A DNA stretch of 64,000 nt from Thermodesulfobacteriota bacterium (lineage in GTDB: Bacteria > Desulfobacterota > Binatia > Bin18): assembly GCA_964291405.2 (NCBI GenBank), contig OZ219926.1:832001-896000 (forward strand), in the 5' to 3' direction. Under the pieces are notes generated by a model. That model had not been told where the DNA came from. It saw only the letters and a list, made by a program, of their open reading frames with translations, and did no database searches. Each line of letters begins with the position of its first letter. The stretch's first letter is position 1. Positions 8,940 to 18,864 of the stretch are shown piece after piece. Both the position numbers and the translations under genes were made by a program.

Positions 8940-9374
8940 ATGCTCACCATCCGTCGCGGAAGACGAACCGACCTCACCGCCTGCCAGACGATGCTCTTCC
9001 CGGACACCCCTGACGAGGAGTGGCGCCAAGCGGAAGTTCGTCACTGGCGGCGCCTCGCTCGGGACCCAGCGCTCGACTTCTACGTGGCCCAGCATGCCGG
9101 CGTGCTCCAGGGTATGATTCTGATCAACTATATTCGTCGCCTCCGCCGCTCCGGTTGGCTGGCAGTTGTCGATATCGCGGTCTTACCTTCTGCGCCGGCG
9201 CGGGTCGGGCAAGCGTTACTCAATTTCGCAAAGGAGCGGGCCCAGAAACGGGAGTGTCCCAGCGTGGTCTGGCTGCCGTGTTCGGGCCAGTCAACAGCGC
9301 AACTTCTCCCCGCCTTTTTCAGGGATAGTGGCTTTCAACAGGTCGGAGAGTTCTGGTCGTGCCCCCTAGAATAG
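8940..9374 (+). CDS. GNAT family acetyltransferase (divergent)
   Basis: MLTIRRGRRTDL start, VGQALLNFAKERA, FFRDSGF; ATG at 8940 follows AGGAG. Confidence 0.65.
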   Translation: MLTIRRGRRTDLTACQTMLFPDTPDEEWRQAEVRHWRRLARDPALDFYVAQHAGVLQGMILINYIRRLRRSGWLAVVDIAVLPSAPARVGQALLNFAKERAQKRECPSVVWLPCSGQSTAQLLPAFFRDSGFQQVGEFWSCPLE

Positions 9375-9469
9375 GAGTTGGCGGATGGATAACACCGCGC
9401 CAGACACCAGTCCCCTACTTGACCCTGGAACCCGGCCCGAGCTATTAGGAAGCGAATAGTGCGACGTGT

Positions 9470-9546
9470 CGGGGTGTGGCTCAGCCTGGTAGAGCACACG
9501 GTTCGGGACCGTGGGGTCGCTGGTTCAAATCCAGTCACCCCGACCA
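9470..9546 (+). tRNA. tRNA-Pro (CGG)
   Basis: CGGGGTG acceptor stem pairs with CACCCCG followed by ACCA; anticodon arm CACGG-TTCGGGA-CCGTG; T-loop GGTTCAAATCC. Confidence 0.97.
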
Positions 9547-9618
9547 TTGCTCTCTCGCTTTCCAGGAACTCGGACATATCCGCCAGTTATACTGACGGGT
9601 GAGGCAGACTCGGACATC

Positions 9619-10242
9619 ATGCTCTCAGACCCCGACCTGGACGTTCTGATCTTTTCCAGTGTTGCGGCCTATCTGTGCGGCTCTATTCCAACTGGTGCGC
9701 TCATCGCCAAACGACAGGGGATCGCTGTCCAGGAGGCGGGGAGTGGTAATATAGGGGCAACGAATGTTGCGCGTACGGCAGGGAAAAAGGCCGGCATACT
9801 GACCCTCATAGGGGATATCCTCAAAGGTCTCTTCCCCGTTCTCATTATCCGCTGGCTAGGACTGGGCGAGGTTGTTCAGGCCAGTGCTGCCGCGATGGCA
9901 ATTCTGGGTCACCTTTTTCCTGTCTTTCTCCGTTTTATGGGTGGTAAGGGGGTTGCCACCGGGCTGGGCGTTTTCTTGGGCCTCGCACCAATAGCCATCC
10001 TGACGGCACTGCTCGGTTTTGTCCTGGTGTTTGTGGTGTTCCGTATTGTCTCGCTTGCATCTCTTGTGGCGGCAGCGCTCACACCCTGCTTCATCTTCTT
10101 TTTCGCCTACCCGCGGCCTGTTCTTCTTGCGGGCATCGTGATCGCCGGGCTGATTATTGTCCGTCATCACGACAATATCGTGCGTCTGCTGAAAGGTGAG
10201 GAACAAAAGTTTCGGGCAGAAAAGTCGGTCCCTTCTGCCTAA
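9619..10242 (+). CDS. plsY: Glycerol-3-phosphate acyltransferase PlsY
   Basis: AYLCGSIPTG, GSGNIGATNVAR, DILKG, GHLFP, GGKGVAT, RHHDNIVRL. Confidence 0.95.
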   Translation: MLSDPDLDVLIFSSVAAYLCGSIPTGALIAKRQGIAVQEAGSGNIGATNVARTAGKKAGILTLIGDILKGLFPVLIIRWLGLGEVVQASAAAMAILGHLFPVFLRFMGGKGVATGLGVFLGLAPIAILTALLGFVLVFVVFRIVSLASLVAAALTPCFIFFFAYPRPVLLAGIVIAGLIIVRHHDNIVRLLKGEEQKFRAEKSVPSA

Positions 10243-10270
10243 AAAAAGTGCGTTGCCTGGGAACTAGGCA
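10236..10270 (+). promoter_or_regulatory. Two adjacent NtrC-like enhancer boxes
   Basis: TGCCT-N7-GTGCG (10236-10252) and the perfect palindrome TGCCT-N7-AGGCA (10254-10270) resemble TGCAC-N7-GTGCA and lie 65-100 bp upstream of a sigma54 site. Confidence 0.6.
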
Positions 10271-10334
10271 GCATGAGCCCCCTGTATCTATGCTGTTTCT
10301 TAAGGAATTTCCCGCTCCTGAGGCCTGTGCAGAC

Positions 10335-10350
10335 TGGCATTTGTCTTGCT
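10335..10350 (+). promoter_or_regulatory. Sigma54 (-24/-12) promoter of glnB-glnA
   Basis: TGGCAT-TTGTC-TTGCT with the canonical GG-N10-GC spacing. Confidence 0.85.
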
Positions 10351-10432
10351 CATATTCATGAGAGTGCCGTAAGGTGGATTACGCCCTCCGCAGTACGCCT
10401 GTCCGCTTTACATGTTGCATATTTTATTTTAG

Positions 10433-10804
<372 letters not shown>

Positions 10805-10864
10805 TGCCGACCGCGAGCATCTGCACGGAACATCATTGCTAGTGTAAGGAGGAAAAGAGTCACT

Positions 10865-12277
10865 ATGACGCCACAAGAAGCTATCGCTCTGGCAAAGGAA
10901 ACGGGTGCTGAGTTAGTCGACCTCAAGTTCATGGACCTGATCGGGACCTGGCAACATTTCACCATACCGCTGAGTGAATATAACGAAGACCTGTTCGAGG
11001 ACGGATCAGGTTTTGACGGCTCTTCGATTCGCGGCTGGCAGCCGATTAACGCCTCGGACATGCTGGTCATGCCCGACCCCAGCACAGCGGTCATGGACCC
11101 GTTCTACGAACGGCCGACGCTCAGCCTGCTCTGCAATATCGTGGACCCGATCACGCGTGAGCCGTACTCGCGCGATCCGCGCGGCATCGCCAAGAAGGCT
11201 GAAGCTTATGTCCAGTCCGGTGGGTTCGGCGAAGTAGCGTATTTCGGACCTGAGCCGGAATTCTTCATCCTTGACGAAGTCCGTTTCGATCAGAATGCGT
11301 ACGAAGGCTATTATCACGTCAATTCGATTGAAGGCGTCTGGAACTCCGGCCGGGAAGAAGGCCCCAATCTTGGCTATAAGCCCCGGCACAAAGAAGGCTA
11401 CTTTCCGGTATCGCCCCTCGACTCGTATCAAGACGTCCGGACTGAGATGGTTCAGATGATGGAGCAGGTTGGAATTCGAGTTGAGAAGCACCACCACGAG
11501 GTCGCCACCGCTGGCCAAGCGGAGATCGACCTGCGCTTCCTGCCCCTGGTCCAAATGGCCGATGCGCTGCAATGGTATAAATATATTGTCAAAAACGTGG
11601 CCAAGAGACATGGGAAAACCGCGACCTTTATGCCCAAGCCAGTCTTTGGTGACAATGGCTCGGGCATGCATACCCACCAGTCGGTCTGGAAGGACGGCAA
11701 TCCGCTCTTCGCCGGTGATAGCTATGGCGGCATGAGCGAATTTGCCATGCACTATATTGCCGGCATCCTGGCCCACGCGCCGGCCATTTGTGCTTTTGCC
11801 GCCCCAACGGCCAATTCCTATCGTCGCCTGGTTCCGGGATTTGAAGCGCCGGTCAACCTGGCCTACTCTTCCCGCAACCGTTCGGCAGCCGTGCGTATTC
11901 CCATGTATTCCATGAGTCCCAAGGCGAAGCGCATTGAGGTTCGCTTTCCGGATGCAACCAGCAATGGCTATCTGGCCTTCTCGGCGATGCTGATGGCTGG
12001 TCTCGACGGAGTTGAGCGGAAGCTGAACCCAGGCGATCCACTGGATAAAGACATTTATGCCCTGACCCCCGAAGAGCTGGCCCATGTCCCATCCGTGCCC
12101 GGCTCACTGCCGGAGGCCCTGGACGCCCTGGAAAAAGATCATGATTTTCTGTTAAAGGGAGATGTGTTTACCCAGGATGTGGTAGAGACGTGGGTCGAAT
12201 ACAAACGGACCCAGGAGATTGACGAACTCCGCCTGCGACCCCATCCCTACGAATTTGCGCTGTACTACGACGCCTAA
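10865..12277 (+). CDS. glnA: Glutamine synthetase type I (GSI-beta)
   Basis: [40 protein letters not shown], adenylylation loop DKDIY. Confidence 0.97.
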   Translation: MTPQEAIALAKETGAELVDLKFMDLIGTWQHFTIPLSEYNEDLFEDGSGFDGSSIRGWQPINASDMLVMPDPSTAVMDPFYERPTLSLLCNIVDPITREPYSRDPRGIAKKAEAYVQSGGFGEVAYFGPEPEFFILDEVRFDQNAYEGYYHVNSIEGVWNSGREEGPNLGYKPRHKEGYFPVSPLDSYQDVRTEMVQMMEQVGIRVEKHHHEVATAGQAEIDLRFLPLVQMADALQWYKYIVKNVAKRHGKTATFMPKPVFGDNGSGMHTHQSVWKDGNPLFAGDSYGGMSEFAMHYIAGILAHAPAICAFAAPTANSYRRLVPGFEAPVNLAYSSRNRSAAVRIPMYSMSPKAKRIEVRFPDATSNGYLAFSAMLMAGLDGVERKLNPGDPLDKDIYALTPEELAHVPSVPGSLPEALDALEKDHDFLLKGDVFTQDVVETWVEYKRTQEIDELRLRPHPYEFALYYDA

Positions 12278-12300
12278 AGCGGGCGATTCAGCCTTGCTAT

Positions 12301-12338
12301 AAAGCCCTGGAGGATGGAGTCTTCCAGGGCTTTTTTCT
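12301..12338 (+). terminator. Rho-independent terminator after glnA
   Basis: AAAGCCCTGGAGGA-TGGAG-TCTTCCAGGGCTTT followed by further Ts. Confidence 0.88.
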
Positions 12339-12451
12339 TGTGCCAGACGCCTCGCCGCCTTGACAAAGCCAGGCGTCTCAGGCAGACAAGGGTGGCGTAA
12401 ACGCTCTGGTTTACTGAAAAAATTAGACCAACCAAACAAGGAGAAGAATCT

Positions 12452-13390
12452 ATGCTGCTCGATGAAAGAGTCGCTATTGTGACAGGAGCCGGACGTGGAA
12501 TCGGACGAGAAGAAGCCCTGCTCCTGGCAAAGAATGGAGCCAAGGTTGTGGTTAACGACTTGGGAGGCAGCTTCGATGGTACTGGCTCGGATGACAGCCC
12601 GGCCCAGCAGGTGGTCGACGAAATTAAAGCCGCGGGTGGCGAGGCCGTAGCGAATTTTGAAAGTGTCACTGACTTCGCGGGAGCCAAACGTATTGTCGAA
12701 TGTGCGCTCGATTCCTTTGGCAAACTCAATATTCTCGTCAACAACGCCGGTATCCTGCGCGACCGGATGATCTTCAATATGTCCGAAGACGAGTGGGACG
12801 CGGTCCTGAACGTCCACCTGAAAGGCTCTTTCAACTGTTCCCGCCACGCCTGCGAATACTGGCGCGAGCAGCATAAGCAGGGAAATCTTTTGAATGGCCG
12901 CGTGATTAACACGTCCTCGGACGCCGGTCTGCTCGGCAGCCCCGGTCAGCCCAACTACGGTCCGGCAAAAGCGGCGCTGGCCACTATGGCCATTATCGTT
13001 GACCGCGAGATGCAGAAATATGGGGTCACCGGCAATGCCATCGCCCCGCTTGCGCGCACGCGGATGACCGTGGACGCGACGCCGCAAACTGCTGGTCTGA
13101 TGGCCGGGCCGGAAGAAGAAGGCGCGCATGACTATTTTGATCCCGGCCATATTGCGCCGTTGGTCACTTGGCTGGCGAGTGAAGATGCGGCAGATGTCCA
13201 CGGCGAGGTGTTTCGGGTTGGTGGAGGCTGTGTGTGGCTGATGCAGGGTTGGCATTCCGTCGGAACCGTCAAGAAAAAAGGCATGTGGGACGCGGCCGAG
13301 TTGGGCGAGCAACTCAAGGTCGAACTGGCCAAGGGCAACACCGCCAAAGAAGACCTGGGATCGATATTCAAGTCCCTCAAACAGGACTGA
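12452..13390 (+). CDS. Short-chain dehydrogenase/reductase (MFE-2-like hydroxyacyl-CoA dehydrogenase type)
   Basis: TGAGRGIG, VVVNDLGG, NNAGILRD, NYGPAK. Confidence 0.9.
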   Translation: MLLDERVAIVTGAGRGIGREEALLLAKNGAKVVVNDLGGSFDGTGSDDSPAQQVVDEIKAAGGEAVANFESVTDFAGAKRIVECALDSFGKLNILVNNAGILRDRMIFNMSEDEWDAVLNVHLKGSFNCSRHACEYWREQHKQGNLLNGRVINTSSDAGLLGSPGQPNYGPAKAALATMAIIVDREMQKYGVTGNAIAPLARTRMTVDATPQTAGLMAGPEEEGAHDYFDPGHIAPLVTWLASEDAADVHGEVFRVGGGCVWLMQGWHSVGTVKKKGMWDAAELGEQLKVELAKGNTAKEDLGSIFKSLKQD

Positions 13391-13472
13391 GTCCGCTGAC
13401 CTTAGACAGTCGGTACCAGAAGAGGAGGGCCGGACCTGCCCTTCTGGTCCGTCTCTCTTTGTACTCCAGGAC

Positions 13473-13985
13473 ATGCAGAACCCGGACATTCTTGTGAGCC
13501 AGCCATCTGCCTATAATATTCTTATTGTGTGCCACGCGAATACCAGCCGGAGCGTGATGGCCCATGTCCTCTTGGAAAAGATGTTGGTAGACCGCGATGT
13601 CCGGCATATTGACGTGCGCTCCGGTGGCATAGCCATTTACGCCAGGGATGGCATGATCGCGTCCCTTGACGCCTATTTCATTTTGCAGGAGCACGGAATT
13701 CAGATTAAGCGCGACGAGTTCGTTTCAACCGACCTCAAACGGCATCGAGAGCTTATTGCCGATGCCGACCTGATCCTGACTATGACGAATGAGCAGAAAT
13801 CCATGCTCGACGCCTATCCCGAAGCAGACGGCAAAGCGGCCTTTACGCTCAAGGAGTTTGCCGGCGAGCAGGGAGATATTGAGGACCCGGCCATGCAGGG
13901 CGAAGAGGCCTTTCGGGCGCGTATGGTCGAAATCAAACGTTGTCTTGAGCATTCGTTTGACGACCTCCTGCAACGGGCCGCGTGA
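13473..13985 (+). CDS. Low-molecular-weight phosphatase (LMW-PTP/YwlE family)
   Basis: P-loop VCHANTSRS (CX5R), ADLILTM, FTLKEF, DIEDP. Confidence 0.85.
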   Translation: MQNPDILVSQPSAYNILIVCHANTSRSVMAHVLLEKMLVDRDVRHIDVRSGGIAIYARDGMIASLDAYFILQEHGIQIKRDEFVSTDLKRHRELIADADLILTMTNEQKSMLDAYPEADGKAAFTLKEFAGEQGDIEDPAMQGEEAFRARMVEIKRCLEHSFDDLLQRAA

Positions 13986-14425
13986 CCACTATGGCGCAGT
14001 CGTCATCCTGGGCCGGTTTTACCAATCCGGCCGACGCTACGATCCGGGATATTCTGGCAACCCCGCGGACGATTGCCGTTGTCGGCTGTTCGCCTGACCC
14101 GAGTCGGGACAGCCATCAGATCGCGACCTTGCTCAAGGCCAAGGGCCATACGATTATCCCGGTGAACCCGCACTGCCAGGAGGTGCTGGGCGAGCAGTGT
14201 TTTCCGAGTCTGCGCGTCGTGCCGACTCGCATAGAGATGGTTGACGTGTTTCGGCGTTCGCAGTTCGTCGGCCAGGTCGCCGAGGAGTCCATAGCCGTAG
14301 GCGCGTCCGTACTGTGGCTGCAATTAGGCGTCATTGACCCTGCTGCGGCGCAGCGGGCACACGCGGCAGGGCTCACTGTGGTCATGGATCGCTGTCCGGC
14401 TATTGAATACCGGCGGCTGTTTTAG
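13982..14425 (+). CDS. CoA-binding protein (YccU-like)
   Basis: IAVVGCS..PSRDS, IIPVNP, VDVFRRS, WLQLGV, VVMDRC. Confidence 0.9.
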   Translation: MTTMAQSSSWAGFTNPADATIRDILATPRTIAVVGCSPDPSRDSHQIATLLKAKGHTIIPVNPHCQEVLGEQCFPSLRVVPTRIEMVDVFRRSQFVGQVAEESIAVGASVLWLQLGVIDPAAAQRAHAAGLTVVMDRCPAIEYRRLF

Positions 14426-14434
14426 CGTTGCGTT

Positions 14435-15007
14435 ATGTCCGATTCGCCACCGAGCAAGCTCAAGCCCTGGCAGCGTCTCGACTCTGAAACCGTCTATTCG
14501 TGTCGCATCTTTTCGCTGCAAAAGAACCGTTCCCGTTCGCCCCGGACAAACGAAGAGCATGACTTCTTCGTGCTCGACAGCGGTGATTGGGTCAATATCA
14601 TACCCGTGACAGCCGATGACCGCGTTGTGCTGATCCGGCAATATCGGCACGGGACGAACGATATGACCCTCGAAATTCCAGGGGGTATGGTTGACCAGGA
14701 AGACCCGTCACCGCTGCACGCCGCCCGTCGGGAGATGCAAGAAGAGACCGGCTACGACTCGGAGGACATTATTCCGCTGGGCGCGATCCACCCCAACCCG
14801 GCGATTCAGGGCAACCGCTGTCACAGCTTTCTGGCCCGTAATGTCGAACAACGCTTTGAGCCCAGCTTCGATACCACAGAAGAAACCGAGGTCATACTAG
14901 CCCCGCTTGTTGACATTCCTGACCTCATTCGCCAAGAACATATTACCCACGCGTTGGTTGTGGTTGCATTTCACTGGTACGACCTGCTCAAGCGTGGAAC
15001 TAAGTAA
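14435..15007 (+). CDS. NUDIX hydrolase (ADP-ribose pyrophosphatase-like)
   Basis: IRQYRH, EIPGG, AARREMQEETGY Nudix box. Confidence 0.92.
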   Translation: MSDSPPSKLKPWQRLDSETVYSCRIFSLQKNRSRSPRTNEEHDFFVLDSGDWVNIIPVTADDRVVLIRQYRHGTNDMTLEIPGGMVDQEDPSPLHAARREMQEETGYDSEDIIPLGAIHPNPAIQGNRCHSFLARNVEQRFEPSFDTTEETEVILAPLVDIPDLIRQEHITHALVVVAFHWYDLLKRGTK

Positions 15008-15017
15008 CTACCCTCTT

Positions 15018-16101
15018 TCAGCCTTCCCCGCCTAGATTTTCGCGCACCAGCCGACCCATTTCCTGGCAGCCAACCACCCGGCACTCGGGCTGGGCAATGT
15101 CAGGCGTGCGGTAGCCATTTCCCAGCACCTGATCAACTCGCCTCTTCAATCGCCAGGGCGGCCTCGTCCTGGCCAAAGGAGAGACGCAGCATGAGCGCGA
15201 TGGACAGAATCATGGCCAGCGGGTTGGCCTTGTCCTGACCCGCAATGTCCGGCGCCGTGCCATGAATGGGCTCAAACAGACCGCGGCTGCCTTCGCCCAG
15301 CGACGCAGAGGGCAGCAGGCCCATGGACCCGGCCAGCATTGAGGCTTCGTCTGTCAAGATATCGCCGAACATGTTTTCCGCGGCAATCACGTCAAAGTCG
15401 GCGGGTCGCCGGATCAAATGCATCGACATGGCGTCCACCAACACGTCTTCATACTCGACATCGGGGTACTCTTGGGCGACTTCATTGGCGACCTCGCGCC
15501 ACATACGTGAGGACGCCATGATATTGGCCTTATCGACCGAGGTGAGCTTCTTGCGCCGCTTCCGCGCCAAGTCGAATGAGGCCCGCATGAGTCGCTCGAC
15601 CTCTCCCTCGGTATAGAAAATCGTATCGACTGCCTCCCGCCCGGACGCGCCGGTCCGGCGTTCGCTCGGCCGGCCGTAATAGACGCCCCCGGTCAGTTCC
15701 CGGACGACCATGAGATCGACGCCTTCCAAGACTTCGGGTTTCAAGGTCGAGGCGTGCAGCAGATGGCGGTTGACCTGAACCGGCCGCAAGTTGGCAAAAA
15801 GTTCGAGCTCTTTGCGCAGCCCAAGAATAGCTTGCTCGGGTCGAACCGAGGCCTTCGGGTCGTCCCATTTCGGCCCTCCGACGGCACCAAGCAGGACGGC
15901 GTCGCTTTCTTTGGCAAGCCGCAGAGCCGAATCCGTCAGAGCCACACCGTGTTCGTCAATCGAGCAGCCGCCCGCCAAGGCCAACTCAAAAGAAAAGGCA
16001 ATGTCAAATTGTGAGCCAACAATCTCGAGGACCTTGATTGCCTCGCCCATGACCTCGGGACCAATACCGTCTCCGCCAAATACTGCAATATTATGCGCCA
16101 T
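15018..16101 (-). CDS. leuB: 3-isopropylmalate dehydrogenase with a +1 frameshift near 15138 (assembly error or pseudogene)
   Basis: [46 protein letters not shown]. The ORF stops at 15133, but the expected tail [15 protein letters not shown]...GCQEMG continues in another frame to TGA at 15018. Confidence 0.9.
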
Positions 16102-16152
16102 GCTTTCTCCTTTTCGCCGGTCAAACCCATCACAAACGGGAGCACAAGCAAA

Positions 16153-16177
16153 TAGGGGCGACCGTCTGGCCGCCCCT
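16153..16177. repeat. REP-like intergenic palindrome
   Basis: TAGGGGCGACC-GTCT-GGCCGCCCCT between leuA and leuB resembles GTAG-type REP hairpins; single copy in the window. Confidence 0.4.
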
Positions 16178-16208
16178 TGATACTCACCCGTCGTTACGCG
16201 GACGAGAC

Positions 16209-17762
16209 TTATGGCCCCTCGCGATGGACGCCGGACCGGTCTCCATAGCGTTCCATTTGAGCGAACTTATTGAGCGCATTGGTGAAGGCCAAGGCACTGG
16301 CCATAATAATGTCGGTGTGGGAGCCCTGGCCGTTCACGGAGGCTCCGTTTTTGCGCAGGAGGCACGAGACCTCGCCCTGGGCATCAGTCCCGCCGGTGAT
16401 GGATTTGACCGAGTAGCGCTCTAGCTTGAGGTCCATTTGCGCAATCTGGGCAATCGCCTTGTAGCAGGCGTCAACCATACCGTCGCCGGAGGCGTTCTCA
16501 ATCAATTCCTCGCCGTTCACCTTCATCTTCACGGTGGCATGCGGAACCGCCATGCTGGATGAGGTGACATTCATATACATCAGTTCGTACTTCTCGGGGA
16601 TACGGGCCGTCTCTTCCATCACAATCGCCATCAGGTCTTCGTCGTAGACGCTCTTTTTCTTGTCGGCCAGGGCCTTAAAACGCATGAAGGCCTTATTCAT
16701 ATCGGTCCCCGTGTAATCAATACCCAGGAATTTCAGCCGCTCAATAAAGGCGTGCCGACCCGAGTGTTTCCCTAAGACGAGTCTATTGCTGTCCAAGCCT
16801 ATCGTCTGAGGCTGCATGATCTCATAGGTCAGCTTGTATTTCAGGACGCCGTCCTGGTGAATGCCGGCCTCGTGGGCAAAGGCATTATCACCGACCACCG
16901 GCTTATTGATGGGAACGATGATGCCGGTAATTTGAGACAGGAGTTGACTGGAGGGGTAAATCTGCTCGGTCACGATCTGCGTGCCGACATTGGCGAATAC
17001 GTCCTCTCGCGTTCTGAGCGCCATGACGACTTCTTCCATGGATGTATTCCCCGCGCGTTCGCCTATGCCGTTAATCGTGCACTCCACTTGGCGGGCACCG
17101 TTCTCAATGGCCGCCAGGGAGTTCGCTACGGCCAAGCCCAAATCGTTGTGGCAATGCGCACTCCAGGTCACGTCTCCACCGCCGGGCACCGTTTCCCGCA
17201 GATACTGAAACAAGGCACCGAATTGATGGGGGATAGCATAGCCGGTCGTGTCCGGGACATTAATGGTCACGGCTCCGGCCCGAATGACCTCACCAAAAAT
17301 CTGGACCAGAAAGTCGCGATCCGTACGAGAGGCGTCTTCGGCTGAAAACTCGATATAGTCAAGGTGTTTTTTCGCGTACTCGACCGCCCAGACCGCGGCG
17401 TCAACGCACTCCTGACGACTCATCATGAGTTTATGTTTGAGATGAATATCGGAGGTGGCAATAAAAATATGCACCCCGGGGTGCTTGGCCTTCTCGACGG
17501 CCCGAATCGCGCGCCGAATATCGTCTTCCTTGGTGCGCGACAGACTCAAGACAATAGGCGTTGAGACGAGTTCGGCAACACGCCGGACCGATTCAAAGTC
17601 GCCCTCCGACGACGCGGCAAAGCCGGCCTCGATCACGTCCACATTGAGCTTTTCGAGCTGTCCGGCGACCATCACCTTTTCTTCAATATTCATGGTCGCG
17701 CCGGGCGACTGCTCACCGTCGCGTAGCGTGGTATCAAAAATCCTTACAAATTCGCGTTCCAT
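16209..17762 (-). CDS. leuA: 2-isopropylmalate synthase
   Basis: [48 protein letters not shown]-terminal regulatory domain; ATG at 17762 follows GAGGAGGA. Confidence 0.96.
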   Translation of the reverse strand: MEREFVRIFDTTLRDGEQSPGATMNIEEKVMVAGQLEKLNVDVIEAGFAASSEGDFESVRRVAELVSTPIVLSLSRTKEDDIRRAIRAVEKAKHPGVHIFIATSDIHLKHKLMMSRQECVDAAVWAVEYAKKHLDYIEFSAEDASRTDRDFLVQIFGEVIRAGAVTINVPDTTGYAIPHQFGALFQYLRETVPGGGDVTWSAHCHNDLGLAVANSLAAIENGARQVECTINGIGERAGNTSMEEVVMALRTREDVFANVGTQIVTEQIYPSSQLLSQITGIIVPINKPVVGDNAFAHEAGIHQDGVLKYKLTYEIMQPQTIGLDSNRLVLGKHSGRHAFIERLKFLGIDYTGTDMNKAFMRFKALADKKKSVYDEDLMAIVMEETARIPEKYELMYMNVTSSSMAVPHATVKMKVNGEELIENASGDGMVDACYKAIAQIAQMDLKLERYSVKSITGGTDAQGEVSCLLRKNGASVNGQGSHTDIIMASALAFTNALNKFAQMERYGDRSGVHREGP

Positions 17763-17788
17763 AACGTCCTCCTCAGTATTGTCCATAT

Positions 17789-17863
17789 AAAAAAAGGGCT
17801 GCGAGTATACCCGCAACCCTCTCAAACAAGAGGCCACGGATCAGAATTTCCGCCCGTGGCCTC
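17789..17863 (-). terminator. Attenuator hairpins upstream of leuA (two in tandem)
   Basis: Minus strand: GAGGCCACGG...CCGTGGCCTC-TTGTTT (17830-17863), then AGGGTTGCGGG-TATA-CTCGCAGCCCT-TTTTTT (17789-17820). Confidence 0.78.
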
Positions 17864-17880
17864 CAAGAGTCTGGTGTGAC

Positions 17881-17964
17881 CTATACACCTCCCTCGGATC
17901 CCTCAGGCGGGATGCTAAGCAGGAGGCCGAGTAGGAGACCTAACGTGTTAGTCGTGTTGGTCAT
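17881..17964 (-). CDS. Leucine-rich leader peptide of the leuA attenuator (27 aa)
   Basis: MTNTTNTLGLLLGLLLSIPPEGSEGGV*; 7 Leu in 9 codons (TTA, CTC CTA CTC, CTC CTG CTT); purine-rich RBS AAGGGAAGG; directly precedes the terminator hairpins and leuA. Confidence 0.8.
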   Translation of the reverse strand: MTNTTNTLGLLLGLLLSIPPEGSEGGV

Positions 17965-17974
17965 ATACCTTCCC

Positions 17975-18856
17975 TTATACCGAACCCTTTTTCTCATTGT
18001 CAAGTGAACGGGGCTGCTGCTCGGAGGGTTCACGGACCTGTTTTGGTTGGACGAGGGCAACGTCGGGCCCGGCTTCCTCCGACCGTCTATTCTTCCACAG
18101 ACGTACGACCATACCGACCGGGCCGGACAACGCATACACGCAGGTAATGGCAAATAACATGATCTGCGGCTCGGCAATGGTCAACTGTAAGAGAATGATG
18201 CCTACAACCAGCAGGCCAAAGGGCTGACGGTCGCGTAGATTCAGATCTTTAAAGCTCGCATAGCGAATCGTACTGATCATCAGGCCGGCCAGCACATACA
18301 CCAACAGGAGGAGGGTAATATGCTTGCTTGTCGTCCCTTCCCCACCTAGATAGTCATACACCCAAATCGTCGTTGCGATGACGGCCGCCGCAGCCGGAAT
18401 CGGTAGACCAACAAAACTCTCCTTATCCACCACTCCACTTTGGACATTAAAGCGAGCCAGACGGAGGGCACCACACACCACGTATAATGCCGCCGCCAAC
18501 CACCCCCACGCGCCCCACGGCTCCAACGCCCAGCGATAGGCCAACAAACCGGGGGCCACACCAAAAGCTACGAGGTCGGACAGAGAATCGTATTCCGCGC
18601 CAAAACGGCTGGAGGTTTTCGTCATACGGGCGATACGGCCATCGAGGGAATCGAAGATCAGCGCAATCAGGATCGCGGTAGCCGCGACCCTGAACTCTCC
18701 CTGCAGGGTGGTCACGCTGGCGTAAAACCCGCAGAACAGCCCGCCCGTCGTAAAAAGATTGGGCAGCAGATAGACGCCCTTGCGCAGAGGGGGGCGTATT
18801 TTTTTGCGGGTCGGCAGCCGCCGGACTTTCTCGCGGGTCTGCATAGCCACGGGCAC
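17975..18856 (-). CDS. pssA: CDP-diacylglycerol--serine O-phosphatidyltransferase
   Basis: LLPNLFT, DSLDGRIAR, FGAEYDSLSDLVAFGVAP, LRLARFN, GLPIPAAA. Confidence 0.94.
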   Translation of the reverse strand: MPVAMQTREKVRRLPTRKKIRPPLRKGVYLLPNLFTTGGLFCGFYASVTTLQGEFRVAATAILIALIFDSLDGRIARMTKTSSRFGAEYDSLSDLVAFGVAPGLLAYRWALEPWGAWGWLAAALYVVCGALRLARFNVQSGVVDKESFVGLPIPAAAAVIATTIWVYDYLGGEGTTSKHITLLLLVYVLAGLMISTIRYASFKDLNLRDRQPFGLLVVGIILLQLTIAEPQIMLFAITCVYALSGPVGMVVRLWKNRRSEEAGPDVALVQPKQVREPSEQQPRSLDNEKKGSV

Positions 18857-18864
18857 ACTCCCTG

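Noticed and set aside
9335-9618. ORF 9335-9577 (-) and the N-terminal extension of plsY from 9511
   Set aside because: Both are translations across tRNA-Pro.
11006-13489. Long antisense ORFs (359 aa and 445 aa) opposite glnA and the SDR gene
   Set aside because: Typical antisense shadows of GC-rich genes, with no motifs or RBS. The same applies to most other overlapping ORFs in the track.
15100-15135. Selenocysteine or stop read-through at the leuB TGA
   Set aside because: Read-through gives [10 protein letters not shown] then another stop; the conserved tail is in a different frame.
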